From positions 150,001 to 182,000 of the forward strand of contig CAZXEQ010000007.1 in NCBI GenBank assembly GCA_964640155.1: DNA of 32,000 nucleotides, read 5' to 3'. The translations under genes and the position numbers were made by a program. The notes under the pieces are model-generated. The model had not been told where the DNA came from. It did no database searches and was given only the letters and a program-made list of their open reading frames with translations. Each line of letters opens with the position of its first letter. Position 1 is the stretch's first letter. This stretch comes from an uncultured bacterium. GTDB lineage: Bacteria > Auribacterota > JACPWU01. This document shows, in pieces, positions 1 to 8,995 of this stretch.

Positions 1-1524
1 TTCTAAAACAGGTTGACCATTCACAAAAACCATTTGAATTCCTTCAGAATCGAGTGTTGAATTTTGAAAAGTAGCGCGATCATTGATTTCTTCTATTTTC
101 ATTAATACAAGATCTGCATAAAAATTTTCTTTGATCAAACCCCTTTTCTTTAGTCCTAAACGCCTTGCTGTCAAACCCGTCATTTTATGAATGGCCTCTT
201 CTAGAGAAAGTATTTTAGATTCTATGACAAATTTCTTCAAAAAGCGTGGAAAGGTGCCATAAGTTCGAGGATGAACTACAGGAAGAAAGGTTTTCCCTCC
301 TCGAGTTCTAGACGAAGCATCTGAGCCAATCATCGCCAAAGGATTTGTAAGAATTCTTTCTAAATTAACTTCGTTCATCGAAAAGAAAATTGCGTTTACT
401 TGCATTTTTTCTTCCATCAAAAGATCAATAACAAATTCGCCCATTGATTTTTGGCTGATTTGTGAACATTCTTTCACGCTTTTCCCAATCCATTGTTTAT
501 TGTTTTCTCCGGGTAAATAGGCGATCAAGGTTAAAGGGAATTGTCCGCCTAAATGGTCTAATTCATAAATAAGATTTTTTCGTGTTTGAACATCTTTTAA
601 TCTTTCGACAGCTTTTAAATCTCCACCATCAAAAAGTTTTCGGGGAAGATAAGTATCCAATGAAGTATAAGAAGCAGTGTAAGGATAGCGATCCCAGGTT
701 ATATCCATTCCACTTTTGACTGTTTTCTCAAGTATTTCTAAGGCCGCATCAATTTTTTTCCAGTTTTTCTCACCTGCTGTTTTAAGATGAGAAATTTGTA
801 ATGGAACTTGTGCCTCTTGACTAATATCGATAGCTTCCTGAATAGACTCTAATAATTGATCTCCTTCGCTACGCATATGGGTTGCATAAAAACCGTCATG
901 TTCAGCAACGATTTTCATTAATTCAATCAATTCTGGAGCTTGAGCAAAACAACCCGGTGTATAAATCAATCCTGTTGAAAGACCGCATGCGCCTTGTTCC
1001 AAAGACTCATGTAGAATTTTTTTCATCCATTCTAATTCATTAGGAGTTGGGGGACGATTTTCATGTCCCATACAAGCAAGACGCAGTGTGCCATGTCCTA
1101 CTAAAGTCATCCAATTCATGCTGGGTTTAGCTTGAGCAATGCGATTTGCAAACGAAGTTAAATCGTTCCATTCTGCTTGAAGTCCATATAAATCCAATTC
1201 GGTTTGAAAATGAGGGATAAACTTTTCTTTAAGAAGAAAGGGTGAGTAGCCACAATTTCCACAAACTTCTGTTGTAATTCCTTGAGTGATTTTGCTAGAG
1301 ACTTGAGGATCAATAAAAAAATAATGATCTGTATGTCCATGAATGTCAATAAAACCTGGGGAAAGAACATGTCCATCTGCTTTGATGGTATGACGGGCAG
1401 GAAGGTTTATTTGAGAAGCAATTAAATGAATGCGGTCTTTTAAAATAGCTACATCAGCTGTTTGCCCTAAATTTCCTGTTCCATCGACAATATAAGCTTT
1501 TTTAAAAAGATAGTCTACTTCCAC
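1..1524 (-). CDS. N-acyl-D-amino-acid deacylase (D-aminoacylase) family amidohydrolase; C-terminus runs off the window
   Basis: Absent from the ORF track because it is open at the window edge. My reverse-strand translation is stop-free for 508 codons from GTG at 1524: VEVDYLFKKAYIVDGTGNLGQTADVAILKDRIHLI...HVLSPGFIDIHGHTDHYF...EVCGNCGYSP...GLSTGLIYTPG...YATHMRSEGDQLLESIQEAIDIS...ISHLKTAGEKNW... The DIHGH metal motif and overall pattern fit the amidohydrolase_3/D-aminoacylase family. An in-frame TAA (complement of 1558-1560) blocks upstream extension. Confidence 0.75.
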   Translation of the reverse strand, partial: MEVDYLFKKAYIVDGTGNLGQTADVAILKDRIHLIASQINLPARHTIKADGHVLSPGFIDIHGHTDHYFFIDPQVSSKITQGITTEVCGNCGYSPFLLKEKFIPHFQTELDLYGLQAEWNDLTSFANRIAQAKPSMNWMTLVGHGTLRLACMGHENRPPTPNELEWMKKILHESLEQGACGLSTGLIYTPGCFAQAPELIELMKIVAEHDGFYATHMRSEGDQLLESIQEAIDISQEAQVPLQISHLKTAGEKNWKKIDAALEILEKTVKSGMDITWDRYPYTASYTSLDTYLPRKLFDGGDLKAVERLKDVQTRKNLIYELDHLGGQFPLTLIAYLPGENNKQWIGKSVKECSQISQKSMGEFVIDLLMEEKMQVNAIFFSMNEVNLERILTNPLAMIGSDASSRTRGGKTFLPVVHPRTYGTFPRFLKKFVIESKILSLEEAIHKMTGLTARRLGLKKRGLIKENFYADLVLMKIEEINDRATFQNSTLDSEGIQMVFVNGQPVLE

Positions 1525-1666
1525 GATTGAGCTTCCGATCTTGAAAACAAGGTTGTTTTACAAAGAAGGTCATAATATACTAAACATTCATAAGATTTAC
1601 TCATCACTAAGTATAATGAGATCACTCCAAAACATCTGCTAAAAAATTTTATTTTTTTAAGGTTGA

Positions 1667-2122
1667 ATGTCTGTGAAAATGAATAAAAACTTAAATCAAA
1701 ATCAACAGGGCTTCACTCTCCTTGAAATTCTTGTGGTCATGGCCATTTTGAGTATTCTTGCGGTATTGGTTGTTCCAAAACTTTCGGATCGACCTAAACA
1801 GGCAAAAAGACTTAAAACAGTACTACAAATAAAGTCTTTTCAAGAAGCACTTGAACAATTCTACATTGACGAGGGGTTTTATCCAAAAACAGATGAAGGA
1901 CTGGAACCTTTGATTAGGAAAAAACAGGACACTGCTAAGCAATATTTAGATACAGATCGTTTGCCTCTTGATCCATGGAATCATCCCTACCTTTATCTTT
2001 CCCCGGGATTAGAAGGACGGTCTTACGATATTGTCTCTTTAGGACAAGACGGACAACGTGGGGGTCAAGGATGGGATAAGGATATTGAAAGTTGGAATCT
2101 TGACCAAGAAAAATCTTTCTAA
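1667..2122 (+). CDS. gspG: Type II secretion major pseudopilin GspG
   Basis: Prepilin-type leader ...NQNQQG|FTLLEILVVMAILSILA with Glu at +5. The C-terminal core LPLDPWNHPYLYLSPG...YDIVSLGQDGQRGGQG matches the conserved GspG pattern (DPWG..Y.Y..PG...[FY]D..SLG.DG..GG). SD-like AAGG at 1659-1662. Confidence 0.9.
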   Translation: MSVKMNKNLNQNQQGFTLLEILVVMAILSILAVLVVPKLSDRPKQAKRLKTVLQIKSFQEALEQFYIDEGFYPKTDEGLEPLIRKKQDTAKQYLDTDRLPLDPWNHPYLYLSPGLEGRSYDIVSLGQDGQRGGQGWDKDIESWNLDQEKSF

Positions 2123-2138
2123 TTTTTCCCCTCAATCG

Positions 2139-2573
2139 ATGCGTAAATTTCTAAAAACCAAGCATTCCTTTTCACGCTTAAACCAGCGACATCAAGGCTT
2201 TATTCTGTTAGAAGCTATTATCTGTCTTGCAATTCTTCTCATCATTCTTCCAAGCGCTTATACCTTTTTTACTCAAACTCGAAAGAATTGGGTGCTCACT
2301 CAACAACAAGAGCAAGCTATTCTCATTTCCAAAAATGAAATTTTGAAAACAGAAGCAGAGCTCACTCAAGGAATTAAGAATATTGATTTTATTCCTATTT
2401 ATGATTCTAAATTTCAAGTAACTCACTCTATGGAAGATGTCAATCAGCACTTAAAGAAAATAGCTATTGAGGTTAGCTGGAATAGTCCTCAAGGCAGGAA
2501 AAAATATGAAACAAGTCAACTTATGGCACCCCTTCAAGAAAAGAGCATGCCTCTCAATGAAGAAGTTAAATAA
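2139..2573 (+). CDS. Minor pseudopilin, GspI-like
   Basis: The track ORF (2058) is over-extended into gspG. The in-frame ATG at 2139 gives the leader MRKFLKTKHSFSRLNQRHQG|FILLEAIICLAILLII with Glu+5. Small size (144 aa) and the ...IAIEVSWNSPQGRKK... segment resemble GspI. The subtype assignment is tentative. Confidence 0.6.
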   Translation: MRKFLKTKHSFSRLNQRHQGFILLEAIICLAILLIILPSAYTFFTQTRKNWVLTQQQEQAILISKNEILKTEAELTQGIKNIDFIPIYDSKFQVTHSMEDVNQHLKKIAIEVSWNSPQGRKKYETSQLMAPLQEKSMPLNEEVK

Positions 2574-3042
2574 TTTAAAAAAATTATCAGGTTTTACTCT
2601 GCTTGAGCTTTTAATCGCTTTAAGTATCATTTTGCTCCTTTGGGGAAGCATCCTACATATCCATATAAGCATTAGAAAGTCTTTTAAAGAGCTCAAAGCT
2701 CAAAGTCAAAAATCAGAAAAAAGAACACAAATTTTTTCACATTTTGAAAAAGATTTAAATAGGATGATTAAAAATCTTCACGGTGAAAATTCTAGAATTA
2801 CATTTGAAACTTTGGATGGGGAAATTTCCTATAACTTTGAGGGAAAAGAACTTTATCGAAAAGAGAATCAAAAACACGAAAAAATAGATGATAGAAGAAT
2901 AGAAGGTAGTTGGGCGTATTACTCGAAAAAACAATGGCTCAAAACTTGGAATGATCCTAAACCTCCGCAAGCCATACTTATGACCATTCAAATGGATCAG
3001 GACCTATTCAAAATGATTTTTCCTATTCGGAACAGGGAATGA
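2557..3042 (+). CDS. Minor pseudopilin, GspJ-like
   Basis: The track ORF (2467) is over-extended. ATG at 2557 gives the 12-aa leader MKKLNNLKKLSG|FTLLELLIALSIILLL with Glu+5. 161 aa, positioned between the GspI-like and GspK-like genes. The subtype is inferred from order and size only. Confidence 0.55.
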   Translation: MKKLNNLKKLSGFTLLELLIALSIILLLWGSILHIHISIRKSFKELKAQSQKSEKRTQIFSHFEKDLNRMIKNLHGENSRITFETLDGEISYNFEGKELYRKENQKHEKIDDRRIEGSWAYYSKKQWLKTWNDPKPPQAILMTIQMDQDLFKMIFPIRNRE

Positions 3043-3872
3043 AAATGAGACAAAATTCTTCAAAATTAGAGGGTGGTTTCATTCTCATTCAGTTAATGAT
3101 AGGAGTCTTTTTTATTGCCATCAGTCTTTTGTTCTTCTCGAGTTTTCTTGCATCTGAGCAAAAAAGAGTTCAATCTCTCAAGGAAAATTTTGAGAAAGAT
3201 CTTCTCCATCGTTCAAAAATTTATGAAGCCATTGCACTTTTGACAGAGGATGCTACTCAAAAAGATGACTTAACAGAACCTTGGCATCAAATCCGAGGAT
3301 TAAATGATTCTTCTGGGCCTATTTATTTTGAGATAGAGGATGAATGCTCGAAACTGGATTTAAACCAACTATTACATTCAGATAAGAAATTTAAAGAAAA
3401 ATATGAGAGTTTTATCCAACGACTATTCAAAAACCTGCGAATTGCATCGATAGACTCACAAGCCATTCTAAACAAAGTTAAAAATGAAGGACCCCTTATT
3501 TCTTTAGAACAAATCCCTGCAATTCAAAAAATCAAGAAGGAAAGAGGGCTTGATTTGGAGAAATTTCTAACTGTTTACTCGGCAGGGCGTATCAATATTA
3601 ATACGGCTTCAAAAGAGGTTTTAGAGGTTTTGCTAGCCGAAGCCAGTCCATTTCTGATAAAAGAGATTCTCTATAAAAGGAAAAAGTCTGGTTTTAAGGA
3701 TAAAGAGCAGTTAAGAGAAGTCCCTTCAGATTTAATTGATTTTCTCACGACTCGAAGTATTTTTTTTCAAATTAAGAGTTTTGAAAAAGATCAACACAAA
3801 ATAAGAGTTATTTTAAACAGAGAATTAGGGGAAGTTAAAATTTGCCAATGGCTAGAAGAAGAGAAGTCATAA
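3039..3872 (+). CDS. Minor pseudopilin GspK-like
   Basis: N-terminus ...KLEGG|FILIQLMIGVFFIAISLLFF lacks Glu+5, as GspK proteins do. ...ECSKLDLNQLL... and ...GRININTASKEVLEVLL... resemble the GspK 'FNLN' and 'INVNTA..EVL' helix-hairpin-helix signatures. ATGA overlap with the upstream gene (3039-3042). Confidence 0.7.
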   Translation: MKMRQNSSKLEGGFILIQLMIGVFFIAISLLFFSSFLASEQKRVQSLKENFEKDLLHRSKIYEAIALLTEDATQKDDLTEPWHQIRGLNDSSGPIYFEIEDECSKLDLNQLLHSDKKFKEKYESFIQRLFKNLRIASIDSQAILNKVKNEGPLISLEQIPAIQKIKKERGLDLEKFLTVYSAGRININTASKEVLEVLLAEASPFLIKEILYKRKKSGFKDKEQLREVPSDLIDFLTTRSIFFQIKSFEKDQHKIRVILNRELGEVKICQWLEEEKS

Positions 3873-3883
3873 GTTTAGAGAAA

Positions 3884-5197
3884 ATGTCTGATAGCAAAAT
3901 TCAGCTTCTTCGTTTTATTTTAGAAGACGGTGAAGTTGAAATCCTTCATTCTGCAAGCATCGACTTGCCCCAAAAAGAGCATTCTTTTAAAGATATTTTA
4001 AAAAAGAATGTGGGACGAATAAGCGTTCCTTTTCCCTTAGAATCTTCTTATATTTATGAAACTCAAATTCCTCGGAATGCTTCTGGCAAGACGTTAAGTT
4101 ATGTTCTTCATATGACCCAAGAAGTTAATACGCCCAGAGAAGAAAAGAGCTTGAAAACCTTTTATCTCAAAGGGGAAGATAAAGAAGACAAAACCCAATA
4201 TTTTCAGATAAGTGTCTCAGATTCTCTCATTCCTTTTTCTGAGGAAATTGAGCTAGGTTTAGCAGCTACCAACCCTTTTGCCTTCTTTCAGTCTTTTTCT
4301 CGTATCTTTCATTTTCCGACAAATGAAACGAGTCTATTGCTTTATCAAAAAAAACAAGGATTAATCGTTGCCTGGGGGAAGAATGGAAAAGTCTCATGTA
4401 TAAGAAATCTTTCAAAATACCACTCTGATCAGTGGCCTATTCTTGCAGAACAAATCTTTTCAGCCGTTCCCGGAATTAAATATTTTTACAGTTGGTGTGA
4501 TGCAAGATTCCAAGCATTGTTAAATCAGTCTAAGCATTTAATAACTTGGACACATTTGCAAGAAAAGGGTCTCCCAAAGAATTTAAAGGGAAATGAAGAA
4601 AATTTAGAAGGAATTTGTGCTGCACTTGCTTTTGCTTTAGAATATTCAAACCCCGTTATTGAACTTTCAGGAAATCATCTTTCCTCTTTGAATCTTTCTT
4701 CTCTTAGACAAACATGGATCAAAAGCTTAAAGCTTGTCTCTTTAACTGGAATACTCCTTTTAAGTTTAGGTTGGACACAAGTTTATAAGGCAAAGAAAGA
4801 AATTTCAGCGATAAGTCAAAAATTCGAAGAAGTATTTTATAGTTTTTTTTCTGCAAAAACTCCTATGCTTGCCCCTCTTCAACAGCTTCAGGAAAAAATA
4901 GATCAACAAAAAAAATTACAGTCTTCAACTTCTGGTATTACTCATCATCAACTCCTAAAAACATTGAATCATCTTTACGAGTCTAAGCCAGCTCATGTTT
5001 CTGTAAATCTGATTGATTCATTGGATCATCAATTTAAAATAGAAGTCATGGGTGCATCATCTGAAGAAATCCGTCAATGGAGTGAAAAGATTCAAGATGG
5101 TGAATTTAAAGATATTCGATTGAGTGAAGAAAGGAATACGGGTTCGAACAATTCACTCACTTATTATTTAACCTTTACACTTGTTTCTTCATCATGA
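3884..5197 (+). CDS. GspL-like (PilM/PilN-like) bitopic assembly protein
   Basis: About 290-aa cytoplasmic part, a single TM helix (LKLVSLTGILLLSLGWTQVY), and about 130 aa of periplasmic domain. This is the GspL architecture, at the GspL position after GspK. No strong sequence motif was recognised. The start is ambiguous (TTG 3842, ATG 3848, ATG 3884); I chose 3884 because it does not overlap GspK. Confidence 0.45.
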   Translation: MSDSKIQLLRFILEDGEVEILHSASIDLPQKEHSFKDILKKNVGRISVPFPLESSYIYETQIPRNASGKTLSYVLHMTQEVNTPREEKSLKTFYLKGEDKEDKTQYFQISVSDSLIPFSEEIELGLAATNPFAFFQSFSRIFHFPTNETSLLLYQKKQGLIVAWGKNGKVSCIRNLSKYHSDQWPILAEQIFSAVPGIKYFYSWCDARFQALLNQSKHLITWTHLQEKGLPKNLKGNEENLEGICAALAFALEYSNPVIELSGNHLSSLNLSSLRQTWIKSLKLVSLTGILLLSLGWTQVYKAKKEISAISQKFEEVFYSFFSAKTPMLAPLQQLQEKIDQQKKLQSSTSGITHHQLLKTLNHLYESKPAHVSVNLIDSLDHQFKIEVMGASSEEIRQWSEKIQDGEFKDIRLSEERNTGSNNSLTYYLTFTLVSSS

Positions 5198-5628
5198 AAA
5201 AAATAATCATTGGGAGTCTTATTGCTTTTGCATTGTTGGTCAGTTTAATTGGACTTTTTTATCATGCGAGCAACCTTCATGATAAAGTAAGGACACTTAA
5301 ATCTGAATATGACGCGTTTGTGAAATTAAAAGAAAATTCTCAAAAGGGAATTCCGAAAAATAATCAAACCCTTCTGAAATCTATCGAAGAGCTTGTTAAG
5401 ACCTTAGAGCTTAAAAACAATCTAGAGTCTTTAAAATCGATTAATGATTGCATTGAAATTTCACTAAAAGATCTTTCTCAAGAAAGCTTAATCGAATTTT
5501 TAAAAAAGCTAGATGCTTTACCACCTTTTCGTATTCTTAAGTCAAATTTTGCTAGCAGCTCTTCGGGAAAGTTAGGCCTCAATCTTGTGCTTGCCCCGCC
5601 CACCGTACAAGCAGAGGCAACATCATGA
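5194..5628 (+). CDS. GspM/PilO-like small bitopic membrane protein
   Basis: N-terminal TM helix (IIIGSLIAFALLVSLIGLFY) followed by a coiled-coil-like region. 144 aa, ATGA overlap with the GspL-like gene. Assigned by architecture and position only. Confidence 0.35.
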   Translation: MKKIIIGSLIAFALLVSLIGLFYHASNLHDKVRTLKSEYDAFVKLKENSQKGIPKNNQTLLKSIEELVKTLELKNNLESLKSINDCIEISLKDLSQESLIEFLKKLDALPPFRILKSNFASSSSGKLGLNLVLAPPTVQAEATS

Positions 5629-6734
5629 ACATTACCATGGATGTTCAGCCTCTTTTAGGAAGAAAGAGTGGGGTGGGTTTTTACATTTGGGGTTTGATTC
5701 ATGCCCTTTCTCAAATAGACTCAAAAAATCAATATCATTTGGCTTTTTTTGATTTTAAAAATCGACAACATGTGATTCCTGATTTGGCGGCCAATTTTAA
5801 AAAGAGAAAAAGTGTTATTCCTGGCCGAATGGTAAGTGCCTTATGGAAAAAACTAAAATTTCCATCTTATGACTTTTTCTTTGGTAAAGCGGATTTATTT
5901 CATTTCCCTAATTTTATTATTCGACCGATTCGCGAGGGAAAGACGATTGCAACCATTCACGATGTATCCTTTCTTCGTTTTCCTCAATATACAGAACCCA
6001 AAAATCTAAAGTTTTTAACAGATAAGATAGAAGAGACTGTGTTGCGAGCGAATCAAATCATTGTTGATTCCGAGTTTACAAAATCAGAGCTTCTTTCTTT
6101 TTTTAAAATAGATTCCACTCGTGTTCATTCTATTCATCTGGGCATTGATTCTCATTTTCAACCGTCCTTAAATCACGAGGCCTCAAAAAAGATTCTTTTT
6201 GTTGGGACCATTGAGCCTCGCAAAAATCTCACTCATTTGTTCAAAGCATTTGATCTTTTTACAGAAAGAATGAAAGAACAAAATTATCAATTGATCATTG
6301 CTGGTATGAAAGGGTGGCTTTATGAAGAAACGTTCAGAAGCTTAGAAAAATGTAAATCAAAAGAGAGAATACATTTGTTGAACTATGTTGATGATCATCA
6401 ACTGATTCAACTCTATCAAGAAGCAGATCTCTTCGTTTATCCTTCATTTTATGAAGGATTTGGTTTGCCTCCTTTAGAAGCGATGGCTTCTGGAGTGCCT
6501 GTTATTGCAGCAAAAAGGGGGTCTTTAGGTGAAGTTTTGGGCGAGGCTCCTGCATGGATAGAGCCTGAAGATATAGAAGGTCTTGCTAAGAATATGGAAA
6601 GGGTTCTTTGCGATCAAGAGTATAAACAGATGCTTATTGCAAAAGGTCTCTTACAAGCTAAAAAGTTTAATTGGAAAACAACAGCTGAGCAGACGCTGGA
6701 TGTTTATTATAAAGCCATGGGGCTTTCATTATGA
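5625..6734 (+). CDS. Glycosyltransferase, family 4 (GT-B fold)
   Basis: N-terminus M.I..D...L.....GVG.Y, and C-terminal EX7E-type motif ...VYPSFYEGFGLPPLEAMASGVPVIAA... ATGA overlap with the upstream gene (5625-5628). Confidence 0.85.
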   Translation: MNITMDVQPLLGRKSGVGFYIWGLIHALSQIDSKNQYHLAFFDFKNRQHVIPDLAANFKKRKSVIPGRMVSALWKKLKFPSYDFFFGKADLFHFPNFIIRPIREGKTIATIHDVSFLRFPQYTEPKNLKFLTDKIEETVLRANQIIVDSEFTKSELLSFFKIDSTRVHSIHLGIDSHFQPSLNHEASKKILFVGTIEPRKNLTHLFKAFDLFTERMKEQNYQLIIAGMKGWLYEETFRSLEKCKSKERIHLLNYVDDHQLIQLYQEADLFVYPSFYEGFGLPPLEAMASGVPVIAAKRGSLGEVLGEAPAWIEPEDIEGLAKNMERVLCDQEYKQMLIAKGLLQAKKFNWKTTAEQTLDVYYKAMGLSL

Positions 6735-7879
6735 GAATTGCGATTGATGCACGGTGGATTACAAAAGAATCTTCTGGTATTGGGCAATATACAACGAATT
6801 TGATTCGTTATTTATCAAAACATTCAAATCATTCTAATACGTATTTCCTCATTTTTTCTAAAAGAGAGATTTTCGAGAAACTTAGTTTAGAATTAAACTT
6901 AAAAGAAAAAGAAAATTTTAAACCTATTTTTATATCTTACGATGTTTTCTCTTTCTTAGGACAAATCAAGCTTCCTTTTCTTTTGAATCGAATGAAAATA
7001 GATTTATTTCACTCTACCAATTTTATGATTCCTCTTTTTAGTCTTAAAACAAAAGTAGTAGCAACCATACATGATCTTATTCCTTTTCTTTTTCCGGAAT
7101 ATGCACCACGATCTAAAAAAAGTAGATTTTATTTTTTTTATAGTTTCCTGATGCAATGTATTATTAAAAAAGTGAATCATATTTTTGTGGATTCTAAAAA
7201 CTCTTATAATGATTTGATTCAAAATTTTAAAAAAGCGGACAAGAAAACAAGTATTTTGACATTTGGTATTGATCCTTCTTTTAATTCTCAAGAAACATCC
7301 CAACCCCAATTTTCAATTCAGAAAAAATTGTCGCTTGAAGGCCCTTTTATTCTTTATGTTGGAAGGCAAGACCCTTATAAAAACTTAATTCATCTTGTGA
7401 AAGTTTTTAAAGAGCTCTCAAAAGATTTTGACAATCTCTCTTTGGTTATTGCTGGATCTAGAGATGAAAGGTACCCAGAGCTTTGGCAAACGATTTCAGC
7501 ATTAAAACTTGATTCGAAGGTTATTCTCACAGGTTTTCTTTCGCAAAACGACCTTGTTCATCTCTATAAAAAAGCTTCTGTTTTAGCTTTGCCGAGCCGA
7601 TATGAAGGTTTTGGATTACCGCTGCTTGAAGCCATGTCCTGTGGAGTTCCTGTGGTCGCCTCCAACGCAGCATCTATTCCAGAGATTGTAGGAGATGCGG
7701 GGATACTATTGGATGCCGATGATGTTGGAAAATGGGTTGAATCTATCTCTTGTCTATTGAAGGACGAGTCACTTCGACTTAAGCTCATTGAAAAGGGCTA
7801 TCAAAGACTTTCTCTTTTTAATTGGGAAAAGACCATTGAACAACTTTTATTAGAGTATGAAAAAATATGTCAAAGATGA
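6731..7879 (+). CDS. Glycosyltransferase, family 4
   Basis: MRIAIDARW...SGIGQYTTNLIRYL N-terminus and ...ALPSRYEGFGLPLLEAMSCGVPVVASN... motif. ATGA overlap at 6731-6734. Very AT-rich: 29% G+C in my hand count of 7001-7100. Confidence 0.85.
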   Translation: MRIAIDARWITKESSGIGQYTTNLIRYLSKHSNHSNTYFLIFSKREIFEKLSLELNLKEKENFKPIFISYDVFSFLGQIKLPFLLNRMKIDLFHSTNFMIPLFSLKTKVVATIHDLIPFLFPEYAPRSKKSRFYFFYSFLMQCIIKKVNHIFVDSKNSYNDLIQNFKKADKKTSILTFGIDPSFNSQETSQPQFSIQKKLSLEGPFILYVGRQDPYKNLIHLVKVFKELSKDFDNLSLVIAGSRDERYPELWQTISALKLDSKVILTGFLSQNDLVHLYKKASVLALPSRYEGFGLPLLEAMSCGVPVVASNAASIPEIVGDAGILLDADDVGKWVESISCLLKDESLRLKLIEKGYQRLSLFNWEKTIEQLLLEYEKICQR

Positions 7880-8970
7880 AAATGGCTTTTATTCATGACT
7901 GGCTCAATGGAATGAGGGGAGGGGAGAAATGCCTAGAAACACTTCTAGAAATTTTCCCTAAAACGCCTATTTTTACACTTTTATATCAGCAAGAGAAAGT
8001 ATCTGAGTTGATTCGTCAATCTCCTATCACTTCGTCTTGGATTGGTAAATTGCCCTTTTGGCGTGAAAAATATCGGTATTATTTACCTCTTTTCCCCTTT
8101 GCGATTAAAAGTTTTGATCTTAGTTCATATGAAGCGATTTTAAGCATCAGTCATTGCGCCGCGAAAGCGGTTCGCATTCCACCCAAAAGCCTTCACATTT
8201 GTTATTGTCTGACGCCTATGCGATATTTATGGGGTTTCTACGAGGAATATTTTGGAAAAGGTCCCTATCATTGGCTAAAACATTTAGGCCTTCAACCTCT
8301 TCTTTCTTTTTTAAAAAAGTGGGATTTTGAAACTGCAAAAAATGTTCATCACTTTATTGCAATTTCAAACTATGTGGCTGAAAGAATAAAAAAAATCTAT
8401 GGGAGAGAGTCTAGGGTTATTTATCCTCCTGTAGATACTCACAAATATTTCTATGATGAAAGCGAAACAAAAGAGAATTATTTTTTAATTGCATCTGCTC
8501 TTGTGCCCTATAAGCGAATTGATATTGCAATTGAAGCATTTAACAAACTTAAACAACCGTTAAAAATTATTGGAGCAGGTACAGAGCTCAATCGTCTTAA
8601 AGCAAAAGCAGGTCCCACCATAGAATTCTTAGGATGGCAGTCTGACGTTAAGCTTCGAGAATATTATTCTAAGGCGAAAGCATTCATTTTCCCTTCAGAA
8701 GAGGATTTTGGAATTACTCCTTTGGAAGCTCAGGCTTGTGGTACGCCCGTTATTGCATACGGTAAAGGAGGGGCTTTAGAGACCATTCAGGATCAAAAAA
8801 CGGGAATTTTCTTTAATCAGCAACATGAAGAATCTCTGATCGAAGCTATTGAAAAATTTAACAACATCTCCTATGATAGGCGAGCCTTGCGCCAAAATGC
8901 GCTTCGTTTTCGAAAAGAAGTATTTCAAGAACAGTTCAAATCTTTTCTGAAAGAAAAGGGAATAGAATAA
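7876..8970 (+). CDS. Glycosyltransferase, family 4
   Basis: ...IHDWLNGMRGGEKCLE... N-terminus and ...FPSEEDFGITPLEAQACGTPVIAYGKGGALETI... motif. Start candidates are 7867, 7876 and 7882. I chose 7876 because it gives the same ATGA stop/start overlap as the preceding genes. Confidence 0.8.
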   Translation: MKMAFIHDWLNGMRGGEKCLETLLEIFPKTPIFTLLYQQEKVSELIRQSPITSSWIGKLPFWREKYRYYLPLFPFAIKSFDLSSYEAILSISHCAAKAVRIPPKSLHICYCLTPMRYLWGFYEEYFGKGPYHWLKHLGLQPLLSFLKKWDFETAKNVHHFIAISNYVAERIKKIYGRESRVIYPPVDTHKYFYDESETKENYFLIASALVPYKRIDIAIEAFNKLKQPLKIIGAGTELNRLKAKAGPTIEFLGWQSDVKLREYYSKAKAFIFPSEEDFGITPLEAQACGTPVIAYGKGGALETIQDQKTGIFFNQQHEESLIEAIEKFNNISYDRRALRQNALRFRKEVFQEQFKSFLKEKGIE

Positions 8971-8995
8971 TTTTAGAACTATTTTAGGGAAAAAT

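Noticed and set aside
5141-5149. GGTTCGAAC, a tRNA T-arm-like sequence
   Set aside because: It lies inside the GspL-like CDS. No acceptor, D or anticodon arms can be drawn around it. I found no convincing tRNA anywhere in the window.
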